DNA of 64,000 nucleotides from Candidatus Poribacteria bacterium (GCA_965205025.1 CBDBFU010000020.1:256001-320000), one strand, 5' to 3'. Shown: positions 51,117 through 61,374, counted from the stretch's first letter. Program-made: numbers and translations. The notes: generated by a model from the letters alone, not told the origin.

Positions 51117-53261
51117 CTACTTCAATATCAACATCTTACGGGTTGCAGTAAAATCTCCAGCTATGAGTGTGTAGAAATATACTCCACTGGCAACAGACTC
51201 ACCAAGTCTGTTTTTTCCATTCCAATGGGCTGCTCGGTCTGGTGAAATGTATTTTCCTGAAACTCTCATACCTAATTCCAGAGTCTGAAGAAGTGTACCT
51301 GATGAAGAATGTATAGTTATAGTAACATCAGCTGGTGAAGCCAATTGGTATGGAATCCAAGTTTCAGGATTGAATGGGTTAGGATAGTTAGGTAGGAGTG
51401 CCGTTTTCAAGATTACTTTTTCTGCTTTCTTAATTGAGTTAAGAATAATTAGTAGATTTTCCAGATTTGTAATACCCTCCCGATACTCATCTGATCCATC
51501 GTAACCTTCCCAAGCCATAGTAATCCATTCCTGAATCAATGTTGGGGAGAGTGCTTCCTGTGAATCTATATCCGCTTGTAAGTTAACCTGATTGGAAACA
51601 ATGATCAAGTCTCTAATATCAACCATTCGGTCCCCATTAAGATCCTCATTTGTAAGCCCCTCCTTGTAAAAATCAAATGATTGGACAACTTGCAACATAT
51701 CAAGAATACTGACTCTTCCGTCCCCATTTACATCTGCAGGATTTCTTTGTTTTTCACCATCACTTAGGTCTGGAAGAAGTGTATCATATTCAGTACCGGA
51801 TTCAAGGCCGAAGAAACCTGACCACCATCCTCTACCTTCGTATACCGCAACCAATAAGAAGTTTATCCCTTTGTTAAGAGTTAAAGGAAATGCATCTTGA
51901 TAATCTTCTGCATCTCTATCAACAGCTTTATTATGTATCAATTTACCGTTTAACCATATCTTCACTGCGTCCCCACTACCAACATACATGGTTGTTGATT
52001 GTTGAGCAGGGGAATTGATAATAATTGATCCATAAGCAACATGGTGATTAATATCATCAGTACCAAGTCCAATTTCGTTAGCGAGTTCATTGATGTTATT
52101 CCCACCTGATTTAGATAATCGACCTTCCTTCCATTCTTTTTTACCTACTTTTTCCGACTTAACGGCACCACGAGTAGCAACAATTTCTTCAGTTATAGTT
52201 CCAGCACTAACTTTAGAAAGATAATCGGTTCCCGATGAGGCAGCATCTGATCCAGATAAACCATCAGTAGGAACTATCACCCATAACCAAGGTCCACTGA
52301 TTTTTGGGGCATTGGGAGTAAATCCAGGATTATTAACCTGATTGATAAAGACTCCTCTTCTCTTAAGTGGATCTAAGGGTGCAAAATCCACAATTTCATT
52401 ATCTTCAAGAATTAAAAATGTTAGATTTGTCAAATTGACAAGCGGCTTTACGTCCGTTACTTCATTTTGTCTTAAATCCAAACGTCTAAGATTGATCAAA
52501 CTTGCTATAGGTTCTATATTGGATATATCATTATTTACAAGATATAACTCCTTTAAAGCAGTTAATCCCTGTATAGGAGATAGATCTGTTAATTCCCCAC
52601 CACAAATATCTATTCTCTCCAATTTAGGTAGTTCTGACAATGCCCCAAGGTTTCTTATTGGTGTACCCCATGAAGAGAATCTCGTAAGACTAATTAATCC
52701 GGATAAAGGTGTTAAATCTCCTAATGGATTTTCTGTGATTGCGACATGGGTTAACCGAATTAGATCCGAAAGAGGCGTTAAATCGGTTAATGCATTGTGT
52801 GAGAGATTTATATCTATAAGATTAAATAAACCTTTTAGTGGTGTAAGATCTGAAATTAGATTATCATCAAGTACAAGAATCTCTAAACTAATTAGGTCTT
52901 TAAGGGGTGTAAGGTCAGATATCCTGTTATTAGTCAACCTTAATCTACTTAGTTTTTTCAGATCGGTAATTGGAGTTAGATCAAAGATTGAATTGTTATG
53001 AAGATTTAGTTCAACGAGATTAGTTGCAAATTCCAATCCAACTATTTCTTCTATCTCTGCATTTCTAACATCAAGCAGAGATAATCTCAGCATTTCTTGA
53101 GCAGTAATTACCGTACCAGATGGCTTGGACAGATATTTTTCAATAGCTTCACGTAAGTTATCATCAGGAATATCAATTATTTGTGCAGATAAACCTGAAG
53201 AAATCAGTAAACAAAATACAAAAATTATGTATGAGAATATGATTTTTTTGTTCTGTAGCAT
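51117..53261 (-). CDS. Secreted internalin-like LRR + beta-sandwich + dockerin + FlgD-Ig-like C-terminal domain protein
   Basis: Signal peptide; LxLxxNxIxDLxPL repeats; DVNGDGRVSILD/DLNGDRMVDIRD pair; NYPNPFNPETWIPY..ATRKMLILK. Confidence 0.85.
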   Translation of the reverse strand: MLQNKKIIFSYIIFVFCLLISSGLSAQIIDIPDDNLREAIEKYLSKPSGTVITAQEMLRLSLLDVRNAEIEEIVGLEFATNLVELNLHNNSIFDLTPITDLKKLSRLRLTNNRISDLTPLKDLISLEILVLDDNLISDLTPLKGLFNLIDINLSHNALTDLTPLSDLIRLTHVAITENPLGDLTPLSGLISLTRFSSWGTPIRNLGALSELPKLERIDICGGELTDLSPIQGLTALKELYLVNNDISNIEPIASLINLRRLDLRQNEVTDVKPLVNLTNLTFLILEDNEIVDFAPLDPLKRRGVFINQVNNPGFTPNAPKISGPWLWVIVPTDGLSGSDAASSGTDYLSKVSAGTITEEIVATRGAVKSEKVGKKEWKEGRLSKSGGNNINELANEIGLGTDDINHHVAYGSIIINSPAQQSTTMYVGSGDAVKIWLNGKLIHNKAVDRDAEDYQDAFPLTLNKGINFLLVAVYEGRGWWSGFFGLESGTEYDTLLPDLSDGEKQRNPADVNGDGRVSILDMLQVVQSFDFYKEGLTNEDLNGDRMVDIRDLIIVSNQVNLQADIDSQEALSPTLIQEWITMAWEGYDGSDEYREGITNLENLLIILNSIKKAEKVILKTALLPNYPNPFNPETWIPYQLASPADVTITIHSSSGTLLQTLELGMRVSGKYISPDRAAHWNGKNRLGESVASGVYFYTLIAGDFTATRKMLILK

Positions 53262-53307
53262 GAATACTTCCTATTAAAGGTGTTGGGTAAACCAAAGTAT
53301 ATTAGTG

Positions 53308-56300
53308 TTATTTCATTAAATACATTTTACGGGTAGCCGTGAAGTTCCCTGCAGAAATTGTATAAAAATATACTCCACTTGCTACAATTTCACCAATTTC
53401 ATTCTTACCATCCCAATATGCAGCCCGACTACGACTCTTATAGAGACCAGCAGACTGATTACCTAATGCCAGTGTTCGAACTTTCGTTCCGTATGCACTA
53501 TAAATTGTCAGAACGACCTGTGTAGATTCTGAAAGTTGGTATGGAATCCATGTTTCAGGATTGAATGGATTAGGATATGCTGGAAGTAGTGCAGTTTGTT
53601 CTGGTACTACAACTAATTCTAACAAGAGGTTCAGTTTTTGAAGTCCTTGTTTAAAAACTGTTGATCCATCATCAGCTGCTTCTGCTTCATAGATCCACTT
53701 CTTGATTATTTCAGTTGTCAATTTATAAGGATCTGATGTCAGTAAAGCAGGTGCAGATGTTACTGATTCACCCAATGATTGTGCTACCATCACTAAATCA
53801 ATTATATCTATACTCCCATCATTATTCACATCAGCGTCTGGATTATCTGCCACATCGTCTCCAATTGATTGTGCAACCATTACTATATCCCTTATATCAA
53901 CCTCTCCATCCTTATTAATATCAGTTGGAAGATACGTGGAATCATCACCCATCACAAGGACAAGATATTCGGGTGCTACATTTGGCAAAGGATTTCCATG
54001 ACTTGAACCTACTTCAAAATCTTCAAGAGTGATTAGACTTTCACCAGGACCAATTACTGAAAAGACTATGGAACATAATGTGCCTTTTCCATTAACACTT
54101 TCTTCTGAAATGAGAATTGAATTTATATTTTTGACTTTTCCAATTTCATTATCTATAGTTCCACTATGAAACCGTGTAGTATCTTCTTCTGATTTTAGGA
54201 AATTGCCTTCATTCACTTCATCTACCTGTAGCACCTCTGAATTATAAATGAGATCTCCTTGCCATCCTGCCAAGTTTTTCGCATTTTCCACTATCAAATT
54301 GAGGGTAAAGGAATCTCCTATCTCGAAATTTGTAGTATCAGTATCAAATAAGAATCTAAGGTTAGGTTTAAATACTTTATATTTTGCGTCAGTTGCAAAT
54401 CCAAAATTACCGCCAAAACTACCATGTCCATGATTATCAATTGCGACTAATAATGCGTTTTTTCCTTGTATTAAAGTTACAGGAAAAACAGCATCGTAAT
54501 TTCCAGCACCCCGTGTGATAAATGCCTTATGTACCAATTCTCCGTTAAGCCAAACTTTGACGGAATCATTGCTTCCAACAAACATCTGAGTTTTTTGTTC
54601 AGTTGGAGAATCCAATATAGTAGCCCCGTAAACAATATGGTCATATATCTCACTTCCTGTACCCCAACCGAGTGATTCTGTCATTTCATTTATATTGTCT
54701 CCACTGGTAGAGATATTCGACCAGGTCCAAACACTATCTCCAACAGGTTTCCCGGCTGTTGCACCATTTGTAGACACCTTAATTTCAGTAGCAGCCCCAC
54801 CCGTTGCACGTGCCAGAAAATCAGTTATATCATCAAGACGTGTTCCTGGAACAATTGCCCATAACCAAGGTCCTGTAATTTGTGGTCCACCAATTGGAAA
54901 AGCAGGATTGCCAGATGTACGGACGAATGTGTTATCAGAAAATGCTTCTATAACCGAAAAATCTTTAATGGCATTATTGCGTACATCCAATCTATTTAGG
55001 TTAGTTAACCCACTGAGAGAGGATATATCTGTAATAATATTATTTTCAAGATATAAGACTTCTAATTTCTTCAGTTCAGCGAGTGGCGTTACGTCTGTAA
55101 TGAGATTTGCATCCAGATTTAGTATTGTTAAATTCTTTAGATTACTCAGAGGTCTCAAATCTTTGATATTATTATTAATTAACTCTAACCACTCCAGTTG
55201 GGTGAATTCTGAGAGAGTTGTCAGATCAGAAAAACTACATCCGTGAATTTCTAAACGGGTTAATGACTTTAGTCCCTTAAGAGTTGGGAGTTTTGTAATC
55301 CGTTTATCATTACCATATTCAACCCAATTCAAGCTTGGTAATGATTTTAAAGAGGAAAAATCGGAGATTGGTGTCTGCCATGCATCAATTCTATTTAAGC
55401 TTGTTAAGTTTGCGAGTGGTGAAATGTCCTCAATTGGGTTTCCAGAAATACCGATACCTTCTAATTTAACTAATCCTGATAGTGGTGTTAGATCAGTAAT
55501 CTGGTTACCTTCAAGACCTAACCAATCAACATTCGTTAAGTTCGCTAATGGAGTAACATCAGTAATATTATTTCCACGCAATTTAATGTTATTCAAACGA
55601 GTTAATTCAGTGAGAGGAGATAGATCAGAAATGGAGTTGTTTCTGAATTCTATTCGTTCTAAGTTTTTTGCATATTCAAGACCTGTTAGATAGATAATTT
55701 CTTTGTTATCAGCATCAATACGTGTAATTCGTTTCATCTCTTCCTTGGTAATTCTTGCACCGAATGGTTTATCAAGAATTTCCTCAATTACAGCTCGGAG
55801 GTTCAGATCAGGAATATAGACGATAGGATCATCAGGATCAGGTATGGGATCAGGTATAGGATCAGGTATAGGATCAAGATCTGGATACAGTCCATCTACG
55901 ACGTCTGGAAATACTGAAGTCCATGTATCCCTTTTTATTCTTTGATTTCCAGTGGCAAGTGTACCGACAATATTTTTTAAGTCTTGATTATTCTCAATTT
56001 TATCTAAGAACACAGGTGTTTCTAATCCTACCGAAGCTGCGGCGTATTTTACATCGAGTGATCTATAAAAGTTAGTATGGAATCTTTGTATTGGTTCGTT
56101 CTCAAGGTTATCAAGGAATCGTGTTTTTAATTGCTCATTTTCAAATGGTCCACCAATACTAATTAATGCCTGTTGAAATTTTTGTGTGTCTTGTTCAAGC
56201 AGATTATTTAGAACTGCTTGTTCTGGGTATAATCGTAATGCTTGAGCTTTGTCATATATAGGATTTTCGGCATTTTCAATTACAGCCCGTACTTCATCTT

Positions 56301-57552
56301 CAAATTTTCTCATTCCCTCTGTATGACATCCGATACAGGAGAGTCCATTTCGAACAGCTGGATCATCAGCAAGAGGATTTGATACGATATCTGTAGGTGC
56401 TACATCAAGACGGTTTCCAACAGCATCAACGAGGAAATACGCCTGTAACCCATTCGGTAAATTGAAGATTATTTCTCCGCCATCATGTTTAAATGATATA
56501 GGATGTTGGAAGATGTTCTGTACTCCGGAACTTCCGGCAAAATCGTAACTTTTCCAATATGCTCCATATTGAGATTTATGCCGTTCAACAACGCGATTGT
56601 GGTTCGATACTCCAGAGTCATTGAATCCTGCACGCCAGACGGAAACTCCCGGTGAGGTTTGGATATTTTCAGCCACATCAATATCAAGTACGTCCTCCAA
56701 TTCACGATCAGTCTGGGGTAATCCTAAAATGTCGTTATATAATGGAGGTAATGATGCTGTAGCAAGAAACCAATCCACATATATATAGGGTATTTGACAA
56801 TTCATATCATTTCGTAGATTTGTAATTTTATCCAACAGTTCTGTTTGTGTTTCTGGATTAAAATTAATAGTATATGGATAGACTGATTCAAGCTGTGACC
56901 ACCGATTCGGATCATCCTGCCACTTATAATGTCGTAGATCAATATAATAAACAGTATTGTCCGAATCAATTGGTGTTGGATTGATGATATCTACTTCCCA
57001 TGAAAGACTGTTTACTAATTTAGAAAGAGCAATTTGATAGTCATATAGTGTCTGATTGTTTTCACCTGAGTTATAGAGATGGGTTAATGTAAAATATCGT
57101 GCATAGGGACGGTCAAACGAGTCTAGTGAATTTAAGTGTTGTTGTATGATATCAAGCATTTGTTCAATGGAGATGAAATTTTTATCTTCAGAGTGGTTCC
57201 AATCAGGTGCTCCTGCAAGAATCCATTGACGAATAGTCTCAATGTCTTTTGTGGGTAACGGTTCACCACCCTGTGGCATAAGTAAATTACTTTCCTTAGG
57301 TACAATTAGTCGTTTGTATAGTTCTGATTCATTAGGATTATTAGGGATAACCGTCATTGTTTCAATGAGGTTGTTGTATTCAATCAATAAATTATCCTTA
57401 TATGGACCTTCTTCCCCATGACAAACCGAACAATTTTGTTCTAAAATAGTGTATGCATCTTGTGCAAGACTCAGTTGTGCTTTAGAATGCTGACAAGTTG
57501 AAAAAACAAAATAAAGACAAATTAAAATTATATTATATTTCCGTATTTGCAT
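53308..57552 (-). CDS. Large secreted protein: cytochrome c region (two CxxCH) + LRR + beta-sandwich + cohesin + dockerin + FlgD-Ig-like CTD
   Basis: CSVCH (Planctomycete cytochrome-c-like, ..MP..IRQWI) and CIGCH; PDPI linker; LRRs; cohesin-like LAGWQGDL..EGNFL..GTIDN; two DxNxDG motifs; YPNPFNPETWIPY. Confidence 0.82.
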   Translation of the reverse strand: MQIRKYNIILICLYFVFSTCQHSKAQLSLAQDAYTILEQNCSVCHGEEGPYKDNLLIEYNNLIETMTVIPNNPNESELYKRLIVPKESNLLMPQGGEPLPTKDIETIRQWILAGAPDWNHSEDKNFISIEQMLDIIQQHLNSLDSFDRPYARYFTLTHLYNSGENNQTLYDYQIALSKLVNSLSWEVDIINPTPIDSDNTVYYIDLRHYKWQDDPNRWSQLESVYPYTINFNPETQTELLDKITNLRNDMNCQIPYIYVDWFLATASLPPLYNDILGLPQTDRELEDVLDIDVAENIQTSPGVSVWRAGFNDSGVSNHNRVVERHKSQYGAYWKSYDFAGSSGVQNIFQHPISFKHDGGEIIFNLPNGLQAYFLVDAVGNRLDVAPTDIVSNPLADDPAVRNGLSCIGCHTEGMRKFEDEVRAVIENAENPIYDKAQALRLYPEQAVLNNLLEQDTQKFQQALISIGGPFENEQLKTRFLDNLENEPIQRFHTNFYRSLDVKYAAASVGLETPVFLDKIENNQDLKNIVGTLATGNQRIKRDTWTSVFPDVVDGLYPDLDPIPDPIPDPIPDPDDPIVYIPDLNLRAVIEEILDKPFGARITKEEMKRITRIDADNKEIIYLTGLEYAKNLERIEFRNNSISDLSPLTELTRLNNIKLRGNNITDVTPLANLTNVDWLGLEGNQITDLTPLSGLVKLEGIGISGNPIEDISPLANLTSLNRIDAWQTPISDFSSLKSLPSLNWVEYGNDKRITKLPTLKGLKSLTRLEIHGCSFSDLTTLSEFTQLEWLELINNNIKDLRPLSNLKNLTILNLDANLITDVTPLAELKKLEVLYLENNIITDISSLSGLTNLNRLDVRNNAIKDFSVIEAFSDNTFVRTSGNPAFPIGGPQITGPWLWAIVPGTRLDDITDFLARATGGAATEIKVSTNGATAGKPVGDSVWTWSNISTSGDNINEMTESLGWGTGSEIYDHIVYGATILDSPTEQKTQMFVGSNDSVKVWLNGELVHKAFITRGAGNYDAVFPVTLIQGKNALLVAIDNHGHGSFGGNFGFATDAKYKVFKPNLRFLFDTDTTNFEIGDSFTLNLIVENAKNLAGWQGDLIYNSEVLQVDEVNEGNFLKSEEDTTRFHSGTIDNEIGKVKNINSILISEESVNGKGTLCSIVFSVIGPGESLITLEDFEVGSSHGNPLPNVAPEYLVLVMGDDSTYLPTDINKDGEVDIRDIVMVAQSIGDDVADNPDADVNNDGSIDIIDLVMVAQSLGESVTSAPALLTSDPYKLTTEIIKKWIYEAEAADDGSTVFKQGLQKLNLLLELVVVPEQTALLPAYPNPFNPETWIPYQLSESTQVVLTIYSAYGTKVRTLALGNQSAGLYKSRSRAAYWDGKNEIGEIVASGVYFYTISAGNFTATRKMYLMK

Positions 57553-57619
57553 GTTAACTCCTAATATATTTTTATTTATGTAATTGAGATCAGAAATTCA
57601 TATTTCATATTAGCACTTT

Positions 57620-59650
57620 TCATTTAATAATTAACATCTTTCTTGTAGCAGAATAATTATCTGTAGTTAACGTGTAGTAATATATTCCACTTGAAACTCT
57701 TTCACCATAAGAGTTTTTCCCGTTCCAATAAGCTGCTTGTGTAGGACTTGTATAGAACCCCGCATCTTTATAGCCTAATTCAAGTGTGCGTATTATCATT
57801 CCGCCTGTATTATATATAGTTATTGTTACCTCTGTAGGTTTCCCAAGATGGAATGGGATCCATGTTTCGGGATTAAATGGGTTTGGATAGTTATTGAGTA
57901 ATATTGTATTTGCAGGATTTAAAGATGTAAGTAATTCTTGTAGTTTTGCAATACCCTTTAGAAAGGAGATTGAACCATCATTAATAGTTTGTGCCTTTGC
58001 TATCCATGTATTGATCATTAAAGACATTAATTCTTTAGTTGATGTCTTTTTTGAGTATATAATATTAGAGGGAGCGACTGTTGTATCATCGATATTTTGT
58101 GCAATAGCAATAATGTCTAAGATACCGATTGTACCATCCTTATTAATATCTGACTCTGGACTAACAGATGCATTCTCTCTTAAATATTGTGCAACATGTA
58201 ACAAATCTAATATATTCACTTTTCCATCCTGATTTACATCCCATAGACTGTATTCACGGTTCTCTATTGTGATTTTTAGATTTGGAAAATTAAGTGGAAT
58301 ACCTGCAAGGATGTTTGAACCAGCCTGTAAACTTGTTAACTTTATTTCTGTTTCTCCAATTTTAATTGCAGTAAATTTTATAGACAATAACCTTCCTGTA
58401 CCGGAAACACCACCATCTGAAAATCTTGCAGCACCAAGTTTTATAATCTTACCTGTTATGTTATCAACACTATAATCTAGAAAGTAAGATCTCCCACCAT
58501 CATCTTTTAGGAAATTACCCTCAATTACTTCATCAACTGTCAGATATTCAGGATCATACACCATGTCACATAACCATCCTGACAGATCAATGACATTTTC
58601 TATATTTAGATGTAACAAGAAGGTATCATGAATTTGTATTGGTTGATTATCTATGCTAAATGAAAGAGACGGTATATTTCCATTAATAGTGGATTGTTTC
58701 TCAACGGTGATGGAAATCTCAGGTAGAATCAATTGAACTGGTTCTAAATCGCTTGTAGTTGCTTTAAAATTGAGGATTTGTATTTGTGAATTCCCAATTG
58801 CCTTAGCCGTAAACATCACTGAAAATAAGTTTCCTGTACCGCTTACGCCACTACTGGAAAGTGTTGCAATTATTTTAGTAATATTGCCTATATTATTATC
58901 AATAATACCTCCTTGAAAGAAGGGAGAATTTCCTCCCTTTTTTAAGAAATCCCCTAAAACCACCTGATTAGCTTCAAGTATATTAGGATCGAATGATAAT
59001 TCACTTTGCCATCCAAATAAATCTGTAGCATCATCTATATTGATATTTAGTGTAAACTGATCACCTTCTATAATAGGAACATCATCAATCGTGTAAGATA
59101 ATTGAGGGTCATTACTTTCGTCTGGCAATTTTTCTTCTATAGTAATGACAATCTCAGGAGGAGTTATGGATATAACATCTAAATTGCTATTAGTTCCTTT
59201 AACATTTTCAATTTGTATCTGAGTTTCACCGTTTTCTATTACAGTAAAAACAACTGAAAACAATCTACCAGTGCCATTAACTCCTACAGTTGAGAGTGCT
59301 CCAAGAAGTTTAGTAATTTCACCTGCTTCATTATCAATTTTACCACTCTGAAAGAAAGGTATTTCCCCACCTTGTTTCAAGAAATCGCCTCCAATGACTT
59401 CTACGGCTTCAAGTATTTCTGGATCAAACAGGATCTTACATTGCCAACCTGATAAGTCATCGACATCTTCAATGTTGATGTGAAGCGTAAAATTTTCACC
59501 AATTTGAAGATTTGCTTCATCCAAAGAGTACGAAAGTTTCGTTGATTCAGTTTGAGCATCAATTGATAGAGGATATATTAACAAGAAAAATAGATAAATA
59601 GGTATTGTGGTAATTATTATCAACTTAGTATTCACTATATATTTTAACAA
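57620..59650 (-). CDS. Secreted scaffoldin-like protein: three cohesin-like repeats + dockerin + FlgD-Ig-like CTD
   Basis: Three ~145-aa repeats (FTLxINI..DLxGW..FDPxxL..GxFLKxGG..IDNxxGxI..GVxGTGxL..F); DVNQDGKVNILD/DINKDGTIGILD; NYPNPFNPETWIPF. Confidence 0.82.
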   Translation of the reverse strand: MLKYIVNTKLIIITTIPIYLFFLLIYPLSIDAQTESTKLSYSLDEANLQIGENFTLHINIEDVDDLSGWQCKILFDPEILEAVEVIGGDFLKQGGEIPFFQSGKIDNEAGEITKLLGALSTVGVNGTGRLFSVVFTVIENGETQIQIENVKGTNSNLDVISITPPEIVITIEEKLPDESNDPQLSYTIDDVPIIEGDQFTLNINIDDATDLFGWQSELSFDPNILEANQVVLGDFLKKGGNSPFFQGGIIDNNIGNITKIIATLSSSGVSGTGNLFSVMFTAKAIGNSQIQILNFKATTSDLEPVQLILPEISITVEKQSTINGNIPSLSFSIDNQPIQIHDTFLLHLNIENVIDLSGWLCDMVYDPEYLTVDEVIEGNFLKDDGGRSYFLDYSVDNITGKIIKLGAARFSDGGVSGTGRLLSIKFTAIKIGETEIKLTSLQAGSNILAGIPLNFPNLKITIENREYSLWDVNQDGKVNILDLLHVAQYLRENASVSPESDINKDGTIGILDIIAIAQNIDDTTVAPSNIIYSKKTSTKELMSLMINTWIAKAQTINDGSISFLKGIAKLQELLTSLNPANTILLNNYPNPFNPETWIPFHLGKPTEVTITIYNTGGMIIRTLELGYKDAGFYTSPTQAAYWNGKNSYGERVSSGIYYYTLTTDNYSATRKMLIIK

Positions 59651-59840
59651 CCTTTATTGAGAAAATTAATTGGTAGTGTTATGGTATGGAATGTCAGATT
59701 TCTCCATCTCTCAATCCATCTATATGAGACCATAACAACTGTTCTATTATGTCTTCTATATTCTATCACTTTTATTCAATTGTCCATAGAATTATTTGTA
59801 TCGCAATATCGCACGCCAATCAGAAAATTAAAAATAGGAT

Positions 59841-61148
59841 TTAAACCTCGTTACGGACGTCTATTTTACCGGTCACTGCTTCTGAGATAAGGGATTGTCG
59901 GTATTCTTTGAGGAGTTCAACTTTCTGTTGTTCTGCTAATACCAGTTCGTCAATTTGTTTTATTCTTTGGTCAAGTATGTTTGCGATTTGTTCTTGTTCA
60001 GATAACGGGGGATACGGAACAATCATATCCTTGAAATCTTCGAATCTTAATTCCCATTGTCCTGTTCTAATTCCATAAGACAACCTTTTATACTCCTGAA
60101 TATATGAATTAGACCTTAATAAATAATGGAAGTATTTTCCAAAGAAAGATTTCTTAGGTTTGCAAACAGTATAAGCCGGACTAACAATTCCTCTATATTC
60201 AGAGATTCCCAATGAACCTTGCCAACATTTCATTTTATTAAACACAAAATCCCCTGGTTCAACAAGCTTATAATTTGATGTATCTTCAGATATTCTGTTG
60301 TGATTATCGTCTCTACTATCTCTCCTAATGACACCATAATCTCTGTAAACTGATAAATTGATTTCCCCAGTAGTATTCTTTATATGCTTTAATTCAAACA
60401 GATTCGTACACCTAATTGTAATCCAATGCTTTGGTAAATCTCCAATCCATTCCACTCCCGATGGTTTCATCTCTACATGGGGGTCAAGTCCTTTTGTCAC
60501 TGCATAATTTATGAGTGCTGTGCGTTGTTCTTGTAGGAGTTCTATCTTTCGTTCTTTGATGCGTATGATTTCGTCAATTTGTTCTGTTTTTTGGTCAAGG
60601 AAGTTGGCGATTTGGGTTTGTTCTTGGTAAACCGGTATGGGAATCTGAAAATTCTCAACAAATTCAGTCGGTACTCGTTTAAGACCAACTGCGCTGGTCA
60701 TAAAATGTTTGCCAATACTACGAAGTGGATCACTGCGTAAAATATAATACAAAAAAGGGGGAAATACCCGTTGCAGATCAGGACGAATGACAATAAATTC
60801 AGTCGAGCCAAACCCAACTGAGGTCGCCAAATTCTTTATGCGTACAATCTTTCCATTTTCAAAACACGGAGTTACTTTTGCTATAAGAATATCACCTTCC
60901 TCAAAGTAAGTGTAACCATTTTTCAGTTGAGAATAAGGTGACCTTAATTCTTGGTCAATCGTCCCATCAGTCTGAACCCTTTCCATTGGAAGAAATACTA
61001 CAGGTTCATCATTAAGATGAGTGGTTTTGGAATTAGTCTTAGAAGGATTACTGGAACCTACTTGTTTAACTTTTAGAACTTTCCAGTGATTCGGGATCTC
61101 TCCAATCCAATCCACACCGCTGTCTTTATATTCAGGGTAACTTTTCAT
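59841..61148 (-). CDS. hsdS: Type I restriction-modification specificity subunit, with no adjacent hsdM/hsdR
   Basis: YKDSGVDWIGEIP.HW and SGVEWIGDLP.HW repeats, two TRDs, PPLSEQEQIA, LISEAVTGKIDV. Confidence 0.92.
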   Translation of the reverse strand: MKSYPEYKDSGVDWIGEIPNHWKVLKVKQVGSSNPSKTNSKTTHLNDEPVVFLPMERVQTDGTIDQELRSPYSQLKNGYTYFEEGDILIAKVTPCFENGKIVRIKNLATSVGFGSTEFIVIRPDLQRVFPPFLYYILRSDPLRSIGKHFMTSAVGLKRVPTEFVENFQIPIPVYQEQTQIANFLDQKTEQIDEIIRIKERKIELLQEQRTALINYAVTKGLDPHVEMKPSGVEWIGDLPKHWITIRCTNLFELKHIKNTTGEINLSVYRDYGVIRRDSRDDNHNRISEDTSNYKLVEPGDFVFNKMKCWQGSLGISEYRGIVSPAYTVCKPKKSFFGKYFHYLLRSNSYIQEYKRLSYGIRTGQWELRFEDFKDMIVPYPPLSEQEQIANILDQRIKQIDELVLAEQQKVELLKEYRQSLISEAVTGKIDVRNEV

Positions 61149-61163
61149 AATTCTAATACCTTT

Positions 61164-61198
61164 TTGTCTGAATCTCGGATTACGCGGATTACACGGAT
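61164..61198 (+). repeat. Short dispersed repeat, same family as 21667-21700
   Basis: ttgtctgaatctcggattacgcggattacacggat, with internal 9-bp cggattac(g/a) repeats. Confidence 0.6.
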
Positions 61199-61313
61199 AT
61201 CACATATTAGATCGGTAGATTTCAACTTGATTACATTGTTAGACTTTGTTTATTTTGGTCTTGAAAATTCTCTTCAATAACTGATTCATCTGGTTGTTAA
61301 AAAGGTATAAAAT

Positions 61314-61374
61314 CAGACATTTAATCCTAATATACAGACAAAAATTAATCCTAAAAACAGACATTTAATCCTAA
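61314..61374. repeat. Three direct repeats cagaca(n)ttaatcctaa at ~22-bp spacing
   Basis: Copies start at 61314, 61335 and 61358. Confidence 0.75.

Noticed and set aside
55825-55880. 12-bp tandem repeat as a phase-variation tract
   Set aside because: It is in frame and encodes a PDPI linker; length change would not switch expression.
51117-57552. Diversity-generating retroelement acting on the duplicated C-termini
   Set aside because: No reverse transcriptase in the window, and the similarity looks like ordinary protein-level paralogy.
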